Of a stretch of 64,000 nt of DNA, positions 33,525 through 42,564 are shown one piece after another. Every line of letters begins with the position of its first letter. The first letter of the stretch is position 1. Both the position numbers and the translations under genes were made by a program. Origin of the DNA: Methylacidimicrobium fagopyrum (GTDB lineage: Bacteria > Verrucomicrobiota > Verrucomicrobiia > Limisphaerales > UBA11358); assembly GCA_026225255.1 (NCBI GenBank), contig JAMFSJ010000059.1, forward strand, positions 38,311 through 102,310, in the 5' to 3' direction. The notes under the pieces were generated by a model. The model saw only the letters and a program-made list of their open reading frames with translations. It was not told the origin of the DNA and ran no database searches.

Positions 33525-35195
33525 TCAGAAACGGCTCAAAACCAGGACCAGTTTCCCGGAACTATTCGGACTAAGTCGGATCACTCCGTTCTCTAGCTGC
33601 GTGCAAGAACCGGCATCCTCCGCCAGTTTAAGTTGATAGTTCGCCCCGGCGTCATGGTAAGTAATGCTATCCGATGCGACCTTTTGCACGGCTGATTTTT
33701 GCCGCGCACCGCCGACCAGATCCCAAGCCCAATGCAAAGGTTTACCTTCCCCGTCGACGCCGGTGAAAGTGACCCCATCTTCCGAGCAGATAATTGAAAA
33801 ACTCCCGCCGCCGCGCAGAGGTTGTTGGATGCTCAAATCAGTTGTGTTCAATTCCTTGACCCGCGGCAAACCCTCCGGAACCAGTGACGAAGTCTTGCCA
33901 TCCGCCGCAACTAATACCGGCCAAATGCCCGCCGGTTCCGTTCCCGACCAGAGACAACCATCCATTACCGGTAGTGTTTCATAGGCCAAAGACTTCGTCG
34001 CCAGCGCCGTTGCGTGCGTCGGCGAGACGACGTTTTCATCGAAACAATGGAGGTCGCGAATGAAGAAGCCATTATTCTCCCAGAGAAAATTGATGCGATA
34101 AAACCGGTTGTCATACCAAACGCTCTTTCGGTCTTGATGCTTCCAATCCTCCAGGGCAACCACCGAAGTCGGGGGGGTAACGGCATAATTTTTCCGAAAC
34201 CATTCGCCCGCCTGCGCCAACGTTTTCACTTGAATCTCGCCAGCTTTCGCTTGTTTGGCGAGCAGTGCCACTTGGAGCGTCAGTCCGGTTTTCATCCCCG
34301 CCCAGCCAAACGAATTTTCTTGCCCGGCCTGAGTATAACCAAAGGCCAGCGCGGGTTGTTGAATGAGATTATTCATGAACCAGCCAACCCAATCCGCCGA
34401 GCCACCCGCGCGAGGATAGACTGGTTCGAGGGTCCACATGCCGGGAGTCGTGCCGTATTGATAGATCGGATCGCTCCCTAACATACGAAAGATCGGCACA
34501 CTGATTTGTCCCGACTTAGTCTGTGCGGGCATATAGGCATTAAGCCGACTCGGATAGTAGGCTTGATTCCAATAGCCGCCCCACAACGTATAACCATCCG
34601 TGCCGACTTGGTCTTTGCAATTACAGGAGGCCACAATGCCGTAACGTTCAGCCATGTAAGCCAGGGTAACTTCATCAATATACCAAGAGCCAACGGTGCG
34701 CGGATAGGAGCCAAAAATCGCTTTGAAATCCACCATATAGACATCGACCAACTGACGTCGTTCGGCTGGCGTGTAGCCCGGAGAAAAACCAATGTTCGCC
34801 GTGGAATCCCATTCGTGTTGCCCGCGCCATTTCAGCCCGGCCTTTTCGGCCAACGGTTGCGGAATTTCCCACCAAGCTGCAATTTCATCGTTAGTTCCTA
34901 GTTGTTCTTTAAGCAGCTTTTGATAACGCGGATTGATCAAGGCGTCATATTGCAATGCCCACGTCGCCGGCAAGCCGGTCGGTTTAAGCAATTCAATTTG
35001 TTGTCGCGTTGTCTCCAACAAAACATTTTCTGAATCCGCAACGCGATAGTCGGAGTTACGAATGAAGTTATAGATATTAACAATGCGCGGCGCTTTGGTT
35101 TCCGCCGATTGAGCCATGTTCGCCGAATAAAATCCGCACACGAATAACAAGACTATCCGGCAGCGGGTGCGAAAAGCTTTTGAGGTCATTAGCAT
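33525..35195 (-). CDS. Secreted protein of unknown function (possibly carbohydrate-active)
   Basis: 556-aa ORF with a signal peptide (RIVLLFVCGFYSANMAQSA). No motif I can name. It lies next to glycosidases. Confidence 0.7.
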   Translation of the reverse strand: MLMTSKAFRTRCRIVLLFVCGFYSANMAQSAETKAPRIVNIYNFIRNSDYRVADSENVLLETTRQQIELLKPTGLPATWALQYDALINPRYQKLLKEQLGTNDEIAAWWEIPQPLAEKAGLKWRGQHEWDSTANIGFSPGYTPAERRQLVDVYMVDFKAIFGSYPRTVGSWYIDEVTLAYMAERYGIVASCNCKDQVGTDGYTLWGGYWNQAYYPSRLNAYMPAQTKSGQISVPIFRMLGSDPIYQYGTTPGMWTLEPVYPRAGGSADWVGWFMNNLIQQPALAFGYTQAGQENSFGWAGMKTGLTLQVALLAKQAKAGEIQVKTLAQAGEWFRKNYAVTPPTSVVALEDWKHQDRKSVWYDNRFYRINFLWENNGFFIRDLHCFDENVVSPTHATALATKSLAYETLPVMDGCLWSGTEPAGIWPVLVAADGKTSSLVPEGLPRVKELNTTDLSIQQPLRGGGSFSIICSEDGVTFTGVDGEGKPLHWAWDLVGGARQKSAVQKVASDSITYHDAGANYQLKLAEDAGSCTQLENGVIRLSPNSSGKLVLVLSRF

Positions 35196-35237
35196 TGAGT
35201 AAACAGGTTGTAATTAAGTTATCAGTCGCAAACAAGA

Positions 35238-38123
35238 TTAATGTGTCAACCGGTAGAAAACGCTGCCGCTGGTGTTGTTGATAGGAATGATTAGTTGGTT
35301 CGTAGTGGCCGAGCCAGCGACGTTAACCCAATTCGTGCCCAAACCTTGCGCCTGGCTGTTGGTCTGCACTTGCAACTGCCAACCGACATGATCGCTCGGC
35401 CAGCTCAAGGTCAAGTTATTGCCGGTCGTCTGAAATAGCAGGTTGGTCGGATTTGTCGCCGTCACAAAAGCAGGTTGACCAAATATATTAATTGTCGAGT
35501 AACCGCAGTAGCCGTTCTCCGAACTCGGATTGGTGAAATCAAATTTCACGGCGGCGACATTAGTGGCCAACACACCGTTGGCGGGAACTAATGAAATGCG
35601 GGTGGCGGATTGCGCGCTGGCGGTATCCGTTGGATTATAATTAACGCTGGCCAAAACAATGAAGCTAGCTGGCGACGCGACTTGAGAATAGGAAACTGTG
35701 TAAGCTTGTTGATCGCGACCTGCATCCGACCAACCGCCATAGACGGTGATGTTCGTCAGGTTATAACCATTGCTTGGGCCAGCGAGCGAATAAATCACCG
35801 TCGCTCCGGCACCGTAGCCGTTACCGCACGTCACATAATTTATGGTCGTCGTATAACCACTGGTCGCCGGGATTTCCAACAAGCTGCCGTTCCCGCCGGC
35901 GGTCAAAGAACTAACGCTGCGTCCGGGAATTTCCAGACTAAAGTTGCCGCTCGTGCTACTCGGCAAAGCGCCCGCAATCAAACTATTATTCGTCAATACT
36001 GCCCACGTTGGCGTGAACGTGCCGCTACCGTTGCCGGTTTGCGCGGCGATATCTGTGATGACATTATTCACCGCCGCGGGCACGCTCGAAACATTTAGGG
36101 AACTCGTCGCGCTGACCGCGACACCGTAAGCATTAGTGGCTCGCAGTTGATAACTCGCGGTGTCGGTTAGTTGCAGATTCGTCAACGTCAAGGTTGGGCT
36201 GGTTGCGCCGGAAATATTATTCGTCACGCCACCACTGACTTTTTGCCATTGATAGGTTAGCGCATTAGCCGACGTGAACGCCGCCATAAACGTTATCTGG
36301 TCACCGACCACATTCGCCGCCGTCACGGGCAGTGGATTCGTGGCCACCACCGGACTAACGGAGATACCGAACAATCCGATTTGAGCATAGCCGCAAAATC
36401 CGTTCTCTGAACTAGGATTGGTGAAATCGAATTTTACCGCCGCGACATTTGTAGCCAGGACACCGGTAGCGGAGGTCAAGGTTGTGCGCGTGGCGGAAGG
36501 AGCACTGGCGGCGTTCGCGGGATTGTAATTCACACTGCCGAGCGAAATGAAAGTCGTCGGGGCGGTAACTTTAGAATAATAAACCGTGTAAGCCTGTTGA
36601 TCGCGGCCATTATCGCGCCAGCCGCCATAGACCGTGATGTTCGTCAGTGTGTAACCGCCCGCCGAGGTATTTGTTAGCGAGTAAATCACCAATGATCCTG
36701 CCGTCGGACTACCGCTGTTGCCGCAGGTCACGTAGTTGGTGCTGGTGGTCGTCGTGGAACCCCCTTGAGCAATCGTCAGTGAACCGCCGGTGGTCAATGA
36801 GTTAACATTGCGATCACCCCAATAATTTTCCAGATCATAATCGCCGTTCGTGCTACTGGGAATTTGACCGTAAATAATATTACCCGCGGCTAATGTCCAG
36901 GTAGGCGTGAACGGAATGCCGTAGCTCAAACCGGTTTGCCCGGCGTAAGCAGCCGTCACGTTGTTGCCCAATGACGACGCGCTGGAAACGGTCAACGAAC
37001 CGGCGCTACTCACAGAAATCACGGCCGGGTTGGACGCGGTTACTTGATACGTTGCGGTATTCGTCAGTTGTAAGTTCGACAAAGTCAAAGTCAGATTAGT
37101 GGCACCCGGAAGGTTATTCGTTGCGCCATTGCGGATGACTTGCCATTGATAGACTAAGTTCGTGCCGACGGCGGTTGAGGCCGAAAAAGTTTCCTGTCCG
37201 CCCACCACATCCGCCGCCGTCACCGGCGTCACGACGGAGTTGAACGTATCCAGAATCCAGGCGGCGTATTGGCTCATCTCGCCGGGGCCGGCGGGCGGAT
37301 TGCAACCCGTGCAGGAGGCCCACAGAAAACCGCCCGTGCAGCCAGCGCTGGCGCCGGTCTGCATTTTCGTTAGGAAGGTGGTATCACGTTCGTAGTCCCA
37401 ATACCCCAGCACGACTTTCAGGCCGCCAAAGTAAGTATTCCAAGTCGCTGGATTATTCCCCGCGCCGCCGTCGTAACCTTGCAAATAGACTTGGTCGCAC
37501 GTGCTGCCCAAGCCGGATTTCACCGCCGACCAATAGCTGGGATTTGTGTAGGGGCACAAAGTCACTTTCATGCCAACCGCGCCGCACATCTGGCCGAAGC
37601 TGGTTGCCGAAGATGAGTCATAAGTGCTCTCGTCATCGTAATCAACGGCATCAATACCAAGCGCGTTCCGCATGGCCTGAAGATTTTTATAAAGCACCGT
37701 CCCGGTTCCCGCGCCATCGGTAGCGATGCGATTCTTAATATTGCCAAAGCTCGGATCCCCCCAACCACCGATGCACATCTCGATGCGGGTGATACTCGTA
37801 GGCGCCGTGCGACATTGGTTGAGTAACGCAGCCCAATTCGTCGGCCCCATATAAACGCCACCGCTGCAAACTGTGGAGCCATCGCCGTAGGTGAAATCGC
37901 CGTTGGATTGGACGGTCATGGTGAAGAGCACCATTGTGTTGAAACCCGACGTTTGCAAGCCACTGATTTGGGAAGTGGTCAGGCCGCTCACGCTGCCCAT
38001 GTTGCCGTTCAAGAAAATCATCGCCGTGGCCGTTTGAGGAGCCGCCGACATTCGCTGGGGATTGGCTAAACCAGTAAGCAAAGCCAGCCAGATGCCGACC
38101 AGCGATAATATTTTCCGCGACAT
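35238..38123 (-). CDS. Large secreted protein: GH18-like (EndoH-type) domain + 2 x [Ig-like + approx 190-aa module] + C-terminal FYRL-type domain
   Basis: 961 aa with a signal peptide. MCIGGWGD and GIDAVDYDDE fit the GH18 DxxDxDxE motif (EndoH-like DFDDE). Ig-like repeats are ...LVYQWQVIRNGATNNLPGATNLTLTLSNLQLTNTATYQV and ...LTYQWQKVSGGVTNNISGATSPTLTLTNLQLTDTASYQL. The duplicated module ends ...VAAVKFDFTNPSSENG(F/Y)CGY. Confidence 0.75.
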   Translation of the reverse strand: MSRKILSLVGIWLALLTGLANPQRMSAAPQTATAMIFLNGNMGSVSGLTTSQISGLQTSGFNTMVLFTMTVQSNGDFTYGDGSTVCSGGVYMGPTNWAALLNQCRTAPTSITRIEMCIGGWGDPSFGNIKNRIATDGAGTGTVLYKNLQAMRNALGIDAVDYDDESTYDSSSATSFGQMCGAVGMKVTLCPYTNPSYWSAVKSGLGSTCDQVYLQGYDGGAGNNPATWNTYFGGLKVVLGYWDYERDTTFLTKMQTGASAGCTGGFLWASCTGCNPPAGPGEMSQYAAWILDTFNSVVTPVTAADVVGGQETFSASTAVGTNLVYQWQVIRNGATNNLPGATNLTLTLSNLQLTNTATYQVTASNPAVISVSSAGSLTVSSASSLGNNVTAAYAGQTGLSYGIPFTPTWTLAAGNIIYGQIPSSTNGDYDLENYWGDRNVNSLTTGGSLTIAQGGSTTTTSTNYVTCGNSGSPTAGSLVIYSLTNTSAGGYTLTNITVYGGWRDNGRDQQAYTVYYSKVTAPTTFISLGSVNYNPANAASAPSATRTTLTSATGVLATNVAAVKFDFTNPSSENGFCGYAQIGLFGISVSPVVATNPLPVTAANVVGDQITFMAAFTSANALTYQWQKVSGGVTNNISGATSPTLTLTNLQLTDTASYQLRATNAYGVAVSATSSLNVSSVPAAVNNVITDIAAQTGNGSGTFTPTWAVLTNNSLIAGALPSSTSGNFSLEIPGRSVSSLTAGGNGSLLEIPATSGYTTTINYVTCGNGYGAGATVIYSLAGPSNGYNLTNITVYGGWSDAGRDQQAYTVSYSQVASPASFIVLASVNYNPTDTASAQSATRISLVPANGVLATNVAAVKFDFTNPSSENGYCGYSTINIFGQPAFVTATNPTNLLFQTTGNNLTLSWPSDHVGWQLQVQTNSQAQGLGTNWVNVAGSATTNQLIIPINNTSGSVFYRLTH

Positions 38124-38144
38124 ACTTCTCGATTCGTTAAACCG

Positions 38145-38182
38145 GGAGCGCTGACGTATCGCCGGCGGGACGTCAGCGCTCC
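38145..38182. repeat. GC-rich hairpin between GH78 and GH18-like genes
   Basis: ggagcgctgacgt (38145-38157) / acgtcagcgctcc (38170-38182), a perfect 13-bp stem. No T-run follows. Confidence 0.55.
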
Positions 38183-38188
38183 GGTAAT

Positions 38189-41122
38189 TTAGGAACGACT
38201 GATAAAGCTATAAGTCCCCGAGCCCGCCTCAAACACGGCACAGCCATTTTCCATCCGCAGAAAAGTGGCCCCTTTCATTTGAGCCACGCTATCACCACTT
38301 TCAGTCACCGCGCTGGAATCTTTGGCGGGAACATAGATCGTAGCCGTGGTGTTCACTGGAATCGTCACTTGCAAGGTCAGCTCTTGTTCAGACTGTTTCC
38401 AATCCGTAGCTATGATTCCATGAATGGAATCATAGCTCGTCTTGGCCCAAGTAAGCCCGGGTTCAATGACCGGCTTGATCGTGATCGTCTTATAACCGGC
38501 GCTGGCAGACTTGATACCACCAATGCCACCGAACAGATATTCGCCGCAGGAACCAAGTGAATAATGATTAAAGGAATTCATGCCGGGATCTTGAAAGCCT
38601 TTATCCGGCGTCCAACCATCCCAGCGTTCCCAGATGGTGGTCGCTCCGTGTTTCACGGAGAATAACCAAGAGGGAAAAGTATCTTGCTTGAGCAAGCGAT
38701 AGGCGCTTTCGCCTTTGCCCGCTTGCGTCAAAACCGGCAGCAAGTAACTCACGCCGACAAAGCCGGTGGATAAGTGCCAGCCTTTCGCTTTAATATCATC
38801 TTCGAGATATTGCGCCGCTTGGGGACGAAGAGTTTCCGGTAACAGTTCAAATTTGAGCGCCATGGCATAGGCACATTGCGTATTGCCGAAGATGCGGCCA
38901 TCGGCAGCGACATACTTCTTGTTGAACGCAGTTTTGATGTCGGCAAACAATTGATCGTATTTATCGGCATTTTGGGTTTGACCGAGAACGCGGCAAGATT
39001 CTGCCACCAGATGCGTTGAGTAAGCAAAGAACGCAGTGCCGATCAAATCTTTCGGCGTGTCCGCTTCAATGGATAACCAATCGCCGTAGTCATTGCCGCG
39101 ATCACGTCCGCGGATCAGTTCGTCGCTATGTTCGTGCAAGTAATCCACCCAGCGAATCATGGCGGGCAAATGTTTTTCAAGAATGCGTTTGTCGCCATAG
39201 GCTTGATAAATCGTCCACGGACAAATCACACCGGCGTCGCCCCACGCGGGAACGCCATTCGCGCCCATTGTATTTGGACTCACATCACTGAATGAACCGG
39301 CGGCATTTTGACCGTCGTCCACATCCACCAACCACTTAGTAAAGAAAGCGGCGACGTCAGCATTGTAAGTGGCTGTGCGAACAAATACTTCAGCATCGCC
39401 CATCCAACCCAGGCGTTCATCACGTTGCGGACAATCGGTGGGCACGCTAATGTAATTACCGCGCTGGCCCCATTGGATGTTTGATTGAAGCTGGTTGATG
39501 CGCGGATCGGAACAGGCAAATTCGCCCGTGCGCGGCGTATCAGAACTAATAACCACGCCCGTCACGGTATCCAACGTAGGCGGTTGCGCCAGACCGCTGA
39601 GTTCGACATAACGAAATCCGTGGAAGGTGAAACGCGGCTGCCAAATTTCCACGCCATCGCCCTTGGTGGTGTAATGATCAACCGACGGTGCGCCGCGTAA
39701 ATTCCGGGTGTAGATCGAGCCATCAGGATTGAGCATTTCTGCATGCCGCAGAGTGATGGTCGTGCCAGCGGGGGCAGATACTTTTAAACGAACCACGCCG
39801 ACCATGTTTTGGCCGAGGTCATAAATCCAACCACCGTTTTTGGAGGGTTTAAGCGACTTAGGTTTAAGTTCAACAATCTCGCGCACCGGTTCCATTACTT
39901 GGGCATTGAACTGGCGGGCTATTTCTTCCGGCACAGTCACTGAAGTCCATTTACCAGCATCCAATCCGGACTTATCCCAACCGATGATTTCTTTGCGCGA
40001 GTCATACGTTTCGCCCAACATAAAATCCGCCGAAAGAATCGGGCTATCGTGTGAACGCCACGTTTCATCCGTCGTGATCCGTTCCATGTGACCATCGGTA
40101 TAAGTTACTTCAAGTTGGGCGAAGAAGGCCGGATCTTTTCCGAAAAATTCAAAACCGCTATTACCGATATGGCCGCTGAACCAACCATTGCCGAGCAAAG
40201 CACCGATGGCATTTGCGCCGGGCTGCAAGAGCGAAGTGACATCATAGGTTTGATAGCGCACCCGTTGGCGATAATCCGTCCAGTCAGGCGCAAGAATATG
40301 ATCACCGACCCGTTGGCCGTTGAGATGAACTTCGTATAAGCCCAAAGCCGTGACATATAACGTGGCACTTTTGATGGCCGCTCCCAGCTCGAACGGTTTA
40401 CGAAAATATTGGACGGCCTCACTCTGCGCCGGAATCCGCAAGGTTTCATTTTCACCAATGATGTTTGTGTGCGATTGACCATCGTAGGCGTATTCAACCC
40501 GCAAATGCTTGACCATATTGTTAGCCGGATCGCCACCCATGTTTCGATTATTAACCGTCAATTTAAGGCTGCCGTTTTTGATATGGCGCACCAAGTTAGA
40601 GGTGACATCCACCGTGGTCGTCTCGGCTTCGTAAGCGGCGCGATAAATGACTAATTTCGCATCCGGACTCCCGACCGAAGATTGGGATTCAATCCATTTT
40701 GCGCTCCAATCTTCCGGTTGCAACAAACCCATTTGCCAGGTGGCAACGGAACTCCACGCGCCCGGGGCACTTGATTCATCCCAGGCGCGCACTTTCCAAA
40801 AACAATTTTCGCGGGAAACCAGCGGTTTGCCGCCATAAACAATCTGGGAACTTTCGTCGGAAATCACTTTGCCGCTATCCCACAAATCACCGTTATCCGC
40901 CGCGAGCAATTCTTCGGAGGAAGCGACCAAGATTTGATAAGCCTGCTGCATTTCGCCGCGCTGGCTGGAGGATAATTTCCAAGTCAACCGTGGCTGCGTG
41001 GCGTCAATGCCCAACGGATTCGTCAGATATTCGCAACGTAAATCTTTGGTGGTCACCGCCGCCGAACAAATGCCAGCCACGAAAATAACGGCCAGCGTGA
41101 GGATGTGTTGTGATCGCTTCAT
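38189..41122 (-). CDS. Secreted alpha-L-rhamnosidase (GH78)
   Basis: The typical N-terminus LRCEYLTNPLGIDATQPRLTW is present and GH78 layout runs the full length (...DCPQRDERLGWMGDA...). The start was set at MKRSQHILTLAVIFVAG (41122). The ORF is open to 41161. Confidence 0.9.
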   Translation of the reverse strand: MKRSQHILTLAVIFVAGICSAAVTTKDLRCEYLTNPLGIDATQPRLTWKLSSSQRGEMQQAYQILVASSEELLAADNGDLWDSGKVISDESSQIVYGGKPLVSRENCFWKVRAWDESSAPGAWSSVATWQMGLLQPEDWSAKWIESQSSVGSPDAKLVIYRAAYEAETTTVDVTSNLVRHIKNGSLKLTVNNRNMGGDPANNMVKHLRVEYAYDGQSHTNIIGENETLRIPAQSEAVQYFRKPFELGAAIKSATLYVTALGLYEVHLNGQRVGDHILAPDWTDYRQRVRYQTYDVTSLLQPGANAIGALLGNGWFSGHIGNSGFEFFGKDPAFFAQLEVTYTDGHMERITTDETWRSHDSPILSADFMLGETYDSRKEIIGWDKSGLDAGKWTSVTVPEEIARQFNAQVMEPVREIVELKPKSLKPSKNGGWIYDLGQNMVGVVRLKVSAPAGTTITLRHAEMLNPDGSIYTRNLRGAPSVDHYTTKGDGVEIWQPRFTFHGFRYVELSGLAQPPTLDTVTGVVISSDTPRTGEFACSDPRINQLQSNIQWGQRGNYISVPTDCPQRDERLGWMGDAEVFVRTATYNADVAAFFTKWLVDVDDGQNAAGSFSDVSPNTMGANGVPAWGDAGVICPWTIYQAYGDKRILEKHLPAMIRWVDYLHEHSDELIRGRDRGNDYGDWLSIEADTPKDLIGTAFFAYSTHLVAESCRVLGQTQNADKYDQLFADIKTAFNKKYVAADGRIFGNTQCAYAMALKFELLPETLRPQAAQYLEDDIKAKGWHLSTGFVGVSYLLPVLTQAGKGESAYRLLKQDTFPSWLFSVKHGATTIWERWDGWTPDKGFQDPGMNSFNHYSLGSCGEYLFGGIGGIKSASAGYKTITIKPVIEPGLTWAKTSYDSIHGIIATDWKQSEQELTLQVTIPVNTTATIYVPAKDSSAVTESGDSVAQMKGATFLRMENGCAVFEAGSGTYSFISRS

Positions 41123-41488
41123 TCTATTTTTGATAAAAATTTTAACTACTGATCCCGCCAATGATACTAATGACTTGGGCGGACTATCCCGGTCAAACTC
41201 CTGCGTGTTTTAATTTTGCACGCAGAACCACCTTGGCACTAAAAAGCGCGCTTGGGTCGAGTTTATTATTGATATCGACACAAGGAATCATCGCCCGTTT
41301 CAATGGTGATTACTTTAAGTTAGCCGTTGGCGAAGGTAAACGTCTATAACCCGACACGGTGAGCGGCTCATCACCGAAACAGGGGATGCTGGCAAAAAAC
41401 CTTATAAATTGCCCTCGAAACCAAGGCGCAGGAAAAATCCAGATCAGCCGTTTCCAAAATTATTTTCCGGCGAGCGTGGCTTCTGGTC

Positions 41489-42118
41489 TCACTTGGAGAC
41501 CCAAAACTCGGCCGCTTTGCGCAAGCTTTCGGAGACGGGCAGACTTTCTGATTCCAGAGTGTTGATGGCACACGTGGGGCAAATGCCATGGGAAAAGGCG
41601 ACGTTCGTATGGTGCGCAATATAAGTTTCGATCTGGTTCCAATAACCTTTGTCATCGCGGATTTTTTTGCAATGGCCGCAGATCGGCAACAGTCCGCTCA
41701 AGGTATTCACCTGCTCCAACGCGGCTTGCAATTGCCGGTTCAAGCGTTTGCGTTCGATGGCGTAACGGATGGTGCGGGTGAGCAACAGTTCGCTCAATTC
41801 GCTTTTGGGCAAGTAATCCTGCGCGCCGCCTTGGATCGCGGCCACGGCGGTGTGCATATCGCCTTTGATGGTCAAGATCACAATCGGCAACTGGGGCGCA
41901 TCTTTTTGCAAGGCTTCAAACGTCGCCAGTCCTTGGCTGTCCGGCAAGCCGAGGTCGGAGAGCACGGCGTCAAACTCATGCCGCGCCAGCATGGTCAGCC
42001 CACCAGCGAGATTGGGCACATGCGTGATGATCAGCGCGGGATCTTCCGTCAACAGGGCTTTCACCAACAGCGCATCGCTCGGGCTGTCTTCAATCAGTAA
42101 AATTTGAATCGGTTTCAT
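41489..42118 (-). CDS. Response regulator: receiver + coiled coil + Cys/His-rich C-terminal module
   Basis: 209 aa. ILLIEDSPSD...VLSDLGLPDSQG (REC), then LPICGHCKKIRDDKGYWNQIETYIAHHTNVAFSHGICPTCA. Confidence 0.85.
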   Translation of the reverse strand: MKPIQILLIEDSPSDALLVKALLTEDPALIITHVPNLAGGLTMLARHEFDAVLSDLGLPDSQGLATFEALQKDAPQLPIVILTIKGDMHTAVAAIQGGAQDYLPKSELSELLLTRTIRYAIERKRLNRQLQAALEQVNTLSGLLPICGHCKKIRDDKGYWNQIETYIAHHTNVAFSHGICPTCAINTLESESLPVSESLRKAAEFWVSK

Positions 42119-42564
42119 AATAAGGTGTTTTTGGGCGGCAGTTTTACGATGTTGAACCAGAAATTCTCGATGAATTGAACGACTTCGATGAACCGGTCGA
42201 AATCCACCGGTTTAACGATGTAACAGTTGGCGTGATGACCGTAAGCGGCGGCCACATCTCGCTCGGCTTGCGAGGCGGTCAGGACAATGACGGGAATCAG
42301 TTTCCACTGCGGATGCGACTTTATTTCCGCGAGCACTTCCAATCCGCCTTTGCGCGGCATGTTCAAATCGAGCAAAATCAAATCGGGCACGGGGGCATCG
42401 GCATAACGGCCTTCGCGACGCAAAAACGCCAGCACTTCCTCACCGTTGGTCACGGTGTGCGGGCGATTAAGAAATTGCGAGGACTTGACCGCTTCCTGCG
42501 CAATGGCCATGTCCGACGGACTATCGTCCGCCATTAAAATTTCAGCTTGTCGCTGGTTTTCCAT
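42115..42564 (-). CDS. Single-domain response regulator
   Basis: The start was trimmed to MENQRQAEILMADDSPSD...LILLDLNMPRKGG...VIVLTAS...YIVKP (149 aa). Upstream, the 271-aa ORF overlaps the kinase gene in another frame. There is an ATGA overlap with the next gene. Confidence 0.85.
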   Translation of the reverse strand: MENQRQAEILMADDSPSDMAIAQEAVKSSQFLNRPHTVTNGEEVLAFLRREGRYADAPVPDLILLDLNMPRKGGLEVLAEIKSHPQWKLIPVIVLTASQAERDVAAAYGHHANCYIVKPVDFDRFIEVVQFIENFWFNIVKLPPKNTLL

